DNA of 64,000 nucleotides from an uncultured cyanobacterium (GTDB lineage Bacteria; Cyanobacteriota; Cyanobacteriia; Cyanobacteriales; Nostocaceae): contig OY970166.1 of NCBI GenBank assembly GCA_963706595.1, positions 224,001-288,000 of the forward strand. The letters run 5' to 3'. The notes below the pieces were generated by a model, which was given only the letters and a program-made list of their open reading frames with translations, was not told the origin of the DNA and ran no database searches. Of this stretch, positions 1 to 8,651 are shown one piece after another. Within the stretch, counting starts at the first letter, position 1, and the number at the start of each line of letters is the position of its first letter. A program made the position numbers and the translations under genes.

Positions 1-55
1 AGTTCCAAATCCCCCCTGCTCCCTGCTCCCTGCTCCCCTGCATCTTCCCCTATCT

Positions 56-3000
56 CTAGGACATTGGTCCCTGGTCGGGAAACATACACTTGTCTGAGTC
101 ACAGCCACTGGGACCAGCTTCTGTTAACTCGCCGGAATCATAGCGGCTGAGAACTGCACAGAAATCATCTGTGTTGCGTCGCCCTTTCACCTCTTCATTT
201 AAACGCTCATAAGTGAGTTTGTCTATTGGCTCAAATGGTAAGCGGGGGAATGATTGCAAGTCGTCAAACCGAGCTAAAAGTGCGGCGGAAATATAACCCT
301 GATCGTTTTGGATGGTTTCGTAAATCTTCTGTCCCAGTCCTTCCACTTCTTCAGAGCGCAACTCCAATGTTGCTGATGTGTTGTGAGTCACATACCAGCG
401 CTGAACTTGCAGGACAAAATCAAATTGAGCTAGTACAGAGAATTGAGAAACGTCAATTTGGTCGGCTCCGGGGACATCAGCCCAAGATACAGCTACGGGG
501 ATTTCTACTAGCCATTCACTAACGCGGGGGTCAAAGGGATCATTTAATAAATTACCCTGTTCATCTTTATCAGATTGAGAGGGGATAACGCTGTAACCGT
601 AGTCAATGCAGGCTAGGGCTACGGGGTCATTTTTGCCAAAAGTGATGCGGCGAATAAATCTTTGCGCCTTGGGGGGATGCCAGCCAGAACTAGCCCCGGT
701 GAGCAATGATTTAGTGCCACTGGGTTGGACTGTAGTACAGCGATTGGGTCGTTTTATTTGATGGCGATCGCAATATTCCCACACAACTCGATGCACGGTA
801 TCTTTCCAGAAGGTTAAATATTTTTGTTCCTCCTGCTTAAAGGCTAATCCTTGGGGGGTTTCCGGTCTTCCTTCCTCCCACCAATGCAGCCAGTCCACAC
901 CAAAAGCATGAACAAAGAAATCAAATAAACCTGTGAAAGAAACCCCCACAATGGGATCTAATTCCCGGCTTTCTTGGTAGCGGGGTTCTAAAAATTGATG
1001 ATTTAAAAGTGCTGCTACAGATATAGCCCCAGCTGTGAAAGCTTCCTCTTGTTCTTTAAAGTTCTTTGGGTCAATTTGATTTAAGTGTATCTCCGCAAGA
1101 TTACAGTTTCCGGTGAGTGTATTACCAAAAACGCCCTTATGATACTCCGGCTCATTAAAGCAGTAAGTATTATGTAATCCTGGCAATTGTTCAACACCCT
1201 TGACAACTTGCCATTTACCTTTGCACTTAGCATTTGTACCTTTACTCACATCCAATCGCTGACAAGGAATCTCGCCACAATCAGTTATTTGCAAGTAGTA
1301 TAAATCTTTGCTTCTAACACCATAGTTAGTCACAGCCCCTTGATGAGCGCAAAGATTCAAAGATGAACGAATACCACACTTAGTTAGTAGTAACTGAACT
1401 CGGTATGCTCGTTCATAGTCAGAGATATAAATTCTGATCCCGTTGCTGTTCGTATTGGAGCCATCTGTATCAGCTAAACCAGCCAGAAAATGTAAAATTG
1501 CGGCACGATTCCAACTAGCAATGACATTTAGTGCGTCTGGATTTGTTTTCAGGCTTTTGAGAAATTCCCCAGAAAAACCTAAGTTTGTAGCATCTGTAAA
1601 ACTAGGTAAGTAGTCATACTCTCTGGTTGCAGATTTATTTCCTGCAACAGATAAAGCTGCTTTTTTGCCATATAACCTAATTTTGGCATTGTCATTTTGG
1701 TCTGTTGTGCCATCTCCGACAGCTGCGCCCAGAGTGTAAGCATAGCTGACATCAATACTCAATCCATCATCGTACTGAATTGTAAACGGCTCGGTGTGAA
1801 TACTATATTTGCTAGTATCCATCAAATCTTTTGTTTGTACTTCTTTGTAATTTTTGCCAAACCTATCTTTAACAAAGAAACGGTGATACTCAGTTACATC
1901 TAAATATGTACCGTCTCCAAATCGCACACGATACAGGGGAGAATCGCTACTTGTTTGAAATGGTTTGACTTGACTCCATTTTTCACCATTCCAAATTTCA
2001 ACTTCACAGCCCACAACATCTTCAATTTTGTGGATTCCATCTCTAGTGATCAGTAAGGTATCACCACTGACACAATGGAAGTTAGAGCCGATAATTTCAC
2101 CACAATTGTGTGCCACAATGCCGTTAGCATCAAATCGAGAAACTCCAGGCACAGTACAGTCATAAACTGCTTCTACACCATCTGGCACAATGTCTGTGAT
2201 TTTAACTGAGAAACGCTCACGATTTAGCTGTCGTTTGTATTGACCGCATAATTCTTCTAAGCGTGCAGCTTTTTTCGGCTCCTGAAATCCCACGATTGTT
2301 TGGAAAGAAGAGATATTATCATTAGCAATCACCAGTTCATGCTGTGCCTGACAGAGATATAAAGCTGGTTCACGATTACTATCAGGAAGATGGCGATCGC
2401 TTTCAGGACGACGTTCTTGATAAATTGTGGAAATAATCCCCAAACGGGACAGCATTCTTTGAACTCTCTTCAAGGTTTCAAGATTGCTTTGTGCCAGTCT
2501 GACACTAACACCTTTTTGTTGATTACCTTGAACACTGCCATCAGCATCGAACAAGCCACGCAAAAAGCCACGATAAAACTCATAGCTGGCTTGCTCAATT
2601 TTATCTGTGGGTATTTTGTTCTCTAAGGTAACATCATAATCTGCTGCCAATCGAGCCAAGCTTGATGAATTGATGACTCGATGTTTTAGCTGTTGATGGT
2701 AGCATCCCGATTCTGTGGAACCTGAAAAATCAACAGTCTTTTTGTTTACCCTGAGCGTAGCCGAAGGGAGTAAAGTTACAGCATATCTGCCCATTTCGTC
2801 TTGGGTGTCTTCCCAATATCGGAGATAGGCTGTTTTACCCCATTGTGTTGCAGCAAGGCTACCATCGCCAATCAGATTACCTAGTAACCAACCCTGCTCA
2901 AAAGTACCAAAGCTTTCCCAAGGTTGAACTCCACGATGGTTATGAACCAAAATAGCATCGCCAGGGTGCAAATCTTGAGTTTCCACCCACTCGGTGTATT

Positions 3001-4456
3001 GCTTTTTCTGGGTTTGGGCTGTTACTTTCAGTAGCTGATGATTGCCTGTTAAACGCAATTCATAGCCTTCTTGAGTGATCACTTTAAATACAGGCTTGAC
3101 TCCTGTCAACCAAAAGCCATCGGTTGTAGTGCTGAATAATTCGCCATTGACATATACACTCAATTGTTTGCCTATCAAGTCTTTGACTTGTCGCGCACCT
3201 AATTCAGTGTGAATCCAAGTGTCAGCAGTAATACAAGGATTTAAGCCGTAACGAGCTAAACGATGTTCTAGTTCTTTGGCATCTAAATCAGGATAGTGTG
3301 CTTGTAACCACTCTTTTGCTGTTCCTTGTTCATAGGATTTCAAGAAATCAACTTTTAACTCTTGTGTTGGAAGTAAATCACAATTGGATCGAGCTACTGC
3401 TTCACCTGCCCATTGAATCGCTCCTTCGCCACTGTAGTATTGTTTACGAACAGCATCTACACATTCTTCTAATGTGGGCTTACGGTGAAATACTCTTGTA
3501 TGGTTGGCCATCCGTAAAGCATCACGCTCAGGATCAATACGCCAGTTGCCGTTTTCATCCTGTTGCCAGAGGTTATCTTTGGCAGTTCCGCCTTGTTCAT
3601 CGTCTGCCTTGAACTGCCTCATGCCCGCGCTTCTACGGATATTGCCTGCAACAATTGTAACAGCAGCTTGGTCAATTAACAAACAGCATTCCACTGAATT
3701 TAATTGTCGTCCTCTGGCTTTATTGAGGATGGATACACAACGCTGATAGAGTCCTGGCAACTTGACAGGATTAGCCACCCCGCCAAAGCCCTTGAGAGTT
3801 TCTCCCGACTGACGAACATCACTCAGATCAACAACTACTTCCACTTCTGAGGTAAACCGTTCATCTGTGGAAAGTTCCAATAAGCTTTTATAGGATTCTA
3901 CCCAACCTTCACGGCTATCTCCCACATGGATGATAACGCTGTTACCTTCTATCTGGGTTTGGGTGTATTCACGGCGTAATTCTGGAGGTGTGCTACCAAT
4001 GTCTCCATTTACCGTCACATTTAAGTAATTGCGGATGGGAGGTAATTGATTAATATATTGCGGTTCTATAACGGCTCCCGTACCACAGCCCATCATGGCT
4101 AAATCCATCATCAACCCGAAAGCGCTCCAGTCTTGCAGGTTGGTGGAAGTGCAATTGTAAGCCCCAGAAAAGTTTTTGGGTTTGCTAACCCATTCTGTAC
4201 CACCTACCCATAGCCAGCGTCCACTGGGTAAGGCTTTGAGGTTGCGTTGCATATTCTCTAGGATGGCAATTTCGGCTGGGGTGAGCTTCCCTAACTCAAT
4301 GATGCCTTGGATCGTGCGATCGCATACCTCATCCCATGTTTCCCTCAGCCCTGCCTTGGTGCGGCGGCTGTAGGTTCTAAAAAATACAGGATTCGCAGCT
4401 GGCGCGGTTTCTGGAAATTCTGCACTCTGACGTTTTCTTTCTAACTCTCGAACCAT
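56..4456 (-). CDS. nrdJ: Class II (adenosylcobalamin-dependent) monomeric-type ribonucleotide reductase precursor with two inteins
   Basis: RTYSRR, GRWLW..G, AYNC and GNIRRSA motifs. NP|CGE and |CNL active-site motifs are split by inteins. TTVQPSGTKS and a C-terminal CDSDKC redox pair are present. ATG at 4456 preferred over TTG at 4462. Confidence 0.95.
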   Translation of the reverse strand: MVRELERKRQSAEFPETAPAANPVFFRTYSRRTKAGLRETWDEVCDRTIQGIIELGKLTPAEIAILENMQRNLKALPSGRWLWVGGTEWVSKPKNFSGAYNCTSTNLQDWSAFGLMMDLAMMGCGTGAVIEPQYINQLPPIRNYLNVTVNGDIGSTPPELRREYTQTQIEGNSVIIHVGDSREGWVESYKSLLELSTDERFTSEVEVVVDLSDVRQSGETLKGFGGVANPVKLPGLYQRCVSILNKARGRQLNSVECCLLIDQAAVTIVAGNIRRSAGMRQFKADDEQGGTAKDNLWQQDENGNWRIDPERDALRMANHTRVFHRKPTLEECVDAVRKQYYSGEGAIQWAGEAVARSNCDLLPTQELKVDFLKSYEQGTAKEWLQAHYPDLDAKELEHRLARYGLNPCITADTWIHTELGARQVKDLIGKQLSVYVNGELFSTTTDGFWLTGVKPVFKVITQEGYELRLTGNHQLLKVTAQTQKKQYTEWVETQDLHPGDAILVHNHRGVQPWESFGTFEQGWLLGNLIGDGSLAATQWGKTAYLRYWEDTQDEMGRYAVTLLPSATLRVNKKTVDFSGSTESGCYHQQLKHRVINSSSLARLAADYDVTLENKIPTDKIEQASYEFYRGFLRGLFDADGSVQGNQQKGVSVRLAQSNLETLKRVQRMLSRLGIISTIYQERRPESDRHLPDSNREPALYLCQAQHELVIANDNISSFQTIVGFQEPKKAARLEELCGQYKRQLNRERFSVKITDIVPDGVEAVYDCTVPGVSRFDANGIVAHNCGEIIGSNFHCVSGDTLLITRDGIHKIEDVVGCEVEIWNGEKWSQVKPFQTSSDSPLYRVRFGDGTYLDVTEYHRFFVKDRFGKNYKEVQTKDLMDTSKYSIHTEPFTIQYDDGLSIDVSYAYTLGAAVGDGTTDQNDNAKIRLYGKKAALSVAGNKSATREYDYLPSFTDATNLGFSGEFLKSLKTNPDALNVIASWNRAAILHFLAGLADTDGSNTNSNGIRIYISDYERAYRVQLLLTKCGIRSSLNLCAHQGAVTNYGVRSKDLYYLQITDCGEIPCQRLDVSKGTNAKCKGKWQVVKGVEQLPGLHNTYCFNEPEYHKGVFGNTLTGNCNLAEIHLNQIDPKNFKEQEEAFTAGAISVAALLNHQFLEPRYQESRELDPIVGVSFTGLFDFFVHAFGVDWLHWWEEGRPETPQGLAFKQEEQKYLTFWKDTVHRVVWEYCDRHQIKRPNRCTTVQPSGTKSLLTGASSGWHPPKAQRFIRRITFGKNDPVALACIDYGYSVIPSQSDKDEQGNLLNDPFDPRVSEWLVEIPVAVSWADVPGADQIDVSQFSVLAQFDFVLQVQRWYVTHNTSATLELRSEEVEGLGQKIYETIQNDQGYISAALLARFDDLQSFPRLPFEPIDKLTYERLNEEVKGRRNTDDFCAVLSRYDSGELTEAGPSGCDSDKCMFPDQGPMS
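1106..2074 (-). mobile_element. Intein 2 of NrdJ (323 aa) with LAGLIDADG-like domain
   Basis: Starts CVSGDTLL, has block B DVTEYHRF, ends TYCFNEP...NTLTGN before +1 Cys. Motifs YTLGAAVGDG and FLAGLADTDG. Confidence 0.9.
2105..3235 (-). mobile_element. Intein 1 of NrdJ (377 aa) with LAGLIDADG homing endonuclease
   Basis: Starts CITADTWI, ends VYDCTV...GIVAHN before +1 Cys. LAGLIDADG-like blocks WLLGNLIGDG and FLRGLFDADG. Confidence 0.93.
2744..2767 (-). repeat. 24-nt SDR-like small dispersed repeat, in frame within intein 1
   Basis: CCTTCGGCTACGCTCAGGGTAAAC shares the CTTCGnCnnnGCTCAG core with copies at 23755-23778 and 40314-40361. Confidence 0.7.
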
Positions 4457-5103
4457 AATCAAGTTTTGTTGCTTGCGAACAGATTATGACTATACGCTAA
4501 CTAGATTTAGGATTAAAGATTGCCAAATTTTCCACTTTGCGCTACCACTGCTCCTGTACTAATGAGAACTAAAATCTATCATGTATAATGTCTTCTCACT
4601 CTGGTAGTAGGTTTTATACTGTGTTATAATTACAACGTATAAATTTGGATTTTCAAATGCGGTTATTCGATAGATAATATAGAAAAATCCTTTGATTTTG
4701 CCGTTATGGGCATGATACAACTGTAATAATTCTAGTTAGATACACTATCATCAGCTAGTAATGCTACCTAAGTACAGTAACTAAAATTGAAAATCGGGTT
4801 GATTAAATAATGAGTTTTTTGCTGGATATTGAGTGGAATTATGAACCATTGCACTGTAAGATTTCCTAAATTTTTAGCCAGTGCTGGGATAAAAAAACTG
4901 GGGCTTGGGACTCATTCAAACTATGTACCTTATAAGCATGGTATGTCAATAATTAAATATTTGTAGAATACCTTCGTTACAGCTAACCCTGAGTTTACCT
5001 TTAAACAAATACTTAAATAAATGAGTCCAAGTTGGGTAAATAAGATTAATTTAATGGGGAAAAAATTTCCCTAAGCTGGGAAAAAATTATTGCAGAGAGA
5101 TGT

Positions 5104-7046
5104 ATGAATTTTAATTTAATTTTTGCCAGTTATCCTCACAGTATATGGCTATATAACCAAAAAAATGGGCAGTTTTTAGATGTTAATGAAGCTGCTGTGA
5201 TTCAATATGGATATTCTCGCGAAGAGTTTTTGCAAATGCAAATAACTGATATTCATCCTCCAGAAGATGTTGTTTTATTACGAAAATATTTAACTGAAAA
5301 GAATTCTGGAACAAATTTATCTGGACAATGGAAACATCGTCAAAAAAATGGCAAGATTATTCATGTTGAAACTGTTACACACGCAATCAAGTATGGTGAA
5401 TATGATGCCCATTTAGTAGATATTATAGATATTACAGAACGTAAAGAAATAGAGAAAACCCTTCAGGAAAATGAAGCTAGATTTCAAGCGATTTATCAAT
5501 CTATTCCTGTGCCATTAATTATTTCCCGTTTGTCTGACGGGTTAATTTTATATGCTAATCCAGAATTGCTGCAAATATTTTGTTGTTCGGCAGAGGATTT
5601 AGTCAATCGCCCAGTTTCAGATTTATACTATGAGCCGGCGGAGAGAAAAGCGATTTTAGCAGCGCTTACCCAAGATGAGTCAGTTCAAAATTATGAACTG
5701 CTACTTAAGAGAGTAGACGGAACTTATTTCTGGGCGATCGCTTCATTTCAATATTTAAGTTTTCATGGTGAATCGGCAATATTAGCTGTGTTCTCGGATA
5801 TTACAAAAAGAAAGCAAGCTGAACTTGTTTTTAAAGCTCAGGCTGAACGAGAACAATTGATGGGAACTGTGGCTCAACGAATTCGACAATCTTTAAATCT
5901 GCAAGATATTCTCAATACTACAGTTGAAGAAGTGCGGGATTTACTCAGGGTTGATCGAGTTGTAGTTTATCAGTTCGCCCCGGATATGAGTGGCACAATT
6001 GTGGCGGAATCGGTGGGAGCAGGATGGACAGTGGCTTTAGGGGTAAAAATCGAAGATACGTGTTTTCAAACAGGTGGAGGTGTAGAGTATCGCCAAGGAT
6101 GCAAACGAGCGATCGCTAATATCTACGAAGCTGGATTGACTGATTGTCATCTGCACTTGTTAGAACAGTTTGAAGTCAAAGCTAATTTAGTCGTGCCGAT
6201 TCTGCTCAAAATAGACGAAGAAAATACTGGCTCATGTTTGTGGGGTTTATTGGTGGCGCACCAATGCTCTAGTAGCCGTGATTGGGAAGATAACCAACTG
6301 GATCTGCTTGATCAACTGACAGTACAGATTGCGATCGCTATTCAACAATCGAGCATATATCAACAAGCGCAGAATGAAATAGCTGAACGACAAAAAGCTG
6401 AAATCAACTTAAGAGTACTGCATTACTAGAAAAAGAAGTTTTATTAAAAGAAGTTCATCATCGAGTTAAAAATAACTTACAAATTGTATCGAGTCTGTTA
6501 CAACTCCAGTCTCAAACACTCAAAGATCCTCAAGTTAGCAGAATTTTTCAAGATAGCCAAAACCGGATTGACTCCATCTCTCTGATTCACAAGAACTTAT
6601 ATATTTCGCCCAATATCGGCAAACTGGATGTTGTTGACTATGTAGAAAATCTGGTAACCAGTATCCTCATTTCTTATCAGGTAGAACCAGACAAAATTTC
6701 GCTAGAAACTAATATAGATGCAGTTAACTTGAATGTTGATCAAGCTATTGCCTGTGGGCTGGTGATCAATGAATTATTATCCAATTCCCTCAAACACGCT
6801 TTTCCTGGTCAAAAATCGGGTAAAATTACCATAGATTTACGTAATATTGGTAACGACATTGAAATGATTATTCAAGATGATGGCGTTGGTTTACCAGATA
6901 ACTTAGATTGGAGTAATACTGATTCTTTAGGACTTTCATTAGTTTATGACTTAGTGACAGAACAAATAGAAGGCAGCATTACTGTAGAACGTAATCATGG
7001 CACAGCATTTAAAATCCAGTTTCCCAGTTTAACTTGTCAGCAGTAA
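5104..7046 (+). pseudogene. PAS-PAS-GAF (cyanobacteriochrome) HisKA_2 sensor kinase, frameshifted near 6415-6420 (pseudogene or sequencing error)
   Basis: ORF 5104-6429 carries two PAS domains and a GAF. A second frame, open from 6420, reads ALLEKEVLLKEVHHRVKNNLQ and continues into the HATPase ORF 6729-7046. Confidence 0.85.
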
Positions 7047-7053
7047 ATTTCTA

Positions 7054-8547
7054 ATGGATCACGTGAGAATTTTAGTCGTTGAAGATGAAGTAATTGTAGC
7101 CAGAACCATTGCTAATCAACTTAATCAGTTAGGGTACATGGTTACGGGTAAAGCTTCTTCAGGAGCAGTGGCGATCGCCTTAGCATTGGAGACTAAGCCA
7201 CAACTGGTGTTAATGGATATTATCCTCAAAGGTGATATGGATGGGATTACAGCTGCTGCTAGGATTCGTGAGCAGTTAGATATTCCCGTAGTTTTCCTCA
7301 CTGCTTATGCTGACGACAAAACTTTACAACGTGCAAAACTCACTCAACCCTTTGGATATGTTGTTAAACCATTTACTTCTAAAGATTTAAAAATAGCTGT
7401 TGAAATCGGTTTATTAAAACACCAACTAGAACAGGATCTGCGGGAAAATCGAGACAGATTAGCCACGCTTTTAAATTCAATGAGCGATGCTGTAATTGCT
7501 ACTAACGAGCAGGCAAAAGTAACATTCATGAATCCGGCGGCTGAGTTGATAACTGGGTGGAAACAAGTAGATGCTCAGGGAAAAGATATATCGACTATTT
7601 TTAATATTGTTGATGAAATTACAGAAGCTGCATTAGAAAACCCAGTCATAAAAGTGCTAAGAGACCAAAAAGTTGTGTATTTGGGGGAATTCACCTCTCT
7701 GATTACCAAAAAAGGGAAAAAAATTCCCATTGGGGATAGTGCTTCACCGATTATGCGACGACCTAATCAAATAGATGGTGTGGTAATTGTTTTCTGGGAT
7801 ATCAGTGAACGTCGTCAAACAGAATTGCTAGAGCGAGCATTGAATCAAGAGCGCGAACTCAACCATCTCAAATCCCTATTTATCTCTACAGTTTCTCATG
7901 ATTTTCGTAATCCCCTAACTGTAATCCAAACAGCAGTAGAACTGATAGAAATCCAAGGAGATAATTTACCAGCCGCCAAAAAAAGCATCTACCTACAACG
8001 AATTAAAGGTGCTGTGCAATCCATGAAAGAACTAATGGAAGATGTGCTGTTTATGGGTAAGTCAGATGTGGGAAAACTTGAGTGCCATCCTGATCTAGTC
8101 AACTTAGAGCAAGTATGTAGAGAATTTATTGCAGAATTTTCTCTTGTTACTAATGATGGACATCAAATTATGTTTACCTGTCATAATGAATGTACAGATA
8201 CTTTGATAGATGAAAAGCTTCTACATTACATAGTCATTAATTTACTTTCTAATGCAGTTAAGTATTCTCCTCAAAATAAAAATATTCAGGTTGATTTAAC
8301 CTGTGATTTCCGAGAAAAAGTAGCCATATTGCAGATTCAAGACCAAGGAATTGGCATTCCTGAAGTTGACCAGAAGCGACTGTTTGAATCATTCTATCGC
8401 GCTACCAATGTCCAATCAATTCAGGGTACAGGACTGGGGTTAGTGATCGTCAAAAAGTGTGTTGAAGCTCACCAGGGTAAAATCAGTTTCACTAGTCAAG
8501 TTGGTGTTGGTACAACCTTCAAAATAATTTTGCCGCTTAATTTATGA
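7054..8547 (+). CDS. Hybrid receiver-PAS-histidine kinase
   Basis: N-terminal REC (ILVVEDE, LVLMDI, FLTA, KP), a PAS domain, HisKA SHDFRNPL, and HATPase NAVKYS, DQGIGI, GTGLGL. Confidence 0.92.
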   Translation: MDHVRILVVEDEVIVARTIANQLNQLGYMVTGKASSGAVAIALALETKPQLVLMDIILKGDMDGITAAARIREQLDIPVVFLTAYADDKTLQRAKLTQPFGYVVKPFTSKDLKIAVEIGLLKHQLEQDLRENRDRLATLLNSMSDAVIATNEQAKVTFMNPAAELITGWKQVDAQGKDISTIFNIVDEITEAALENPVIKVLRDQKVVYLGEFTSLITKKGKKIPIGDSASPIMRRPNQIDGVVIVFWDISERRQTELLERALNQERELNHLKSLFISTVSHDFRNPLTVIQTAVELIEIQGDNLPAAKKSIYLQRIKGAVQSMKELMEDVLFMGKSDVGKLECHPDLVNLEQVCREFIAEFSLVTNDGHQIMFTCHNECTDTLIDEKLLHYIVINLLSNAVKYSPQNKNIQVDLTCDFREKVAILQIQDQGIGIPEVDQKRLFESFYRATNVQSIQGTGLGLVIVKKCVEAHQGKISFTSQVGVGTTFKIILPLNL

Positions 8548-8599
8548 GTGCTGAGTCAGAACAAAAGTGGCAAGATAACCGATAACCTTTCCTCTTCTC

Positions 8600-8634
8600 C
8601 CCTGCACCCTGCACCCTGCACCCTGCACCCCTGC
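8600..8634. repeat. STRR heptamer tandem repeat (CCCTGCA)n
   Basis: Four to five tandem heptamers between convergent genes. Similar tracts at 12-45 and near 20975-21030. Confidence 0.85.
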
Positions 8635-8651
8635 CTTTTCCCAGTCCCCAA

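Noticed and set aside
226..4373. Short antisense ORFs over nrdJ and similar shadow ORFs across the window
   Set aside because: They overlap well-supported genes and show no recognisable motifs.
4501..4510. NrdR-box-like CTAGATTTAG upstream of nrdJ
   Set aside because: Single degenerate match with no second box seen in AT-rich DNA.
6729..7046. Stand-alone HATPase/anti-sigma ORF
   Set aside because: Its frame is open back to 6420 and contains the H-box, so it is the C-terminus of the frameshifted kinase.
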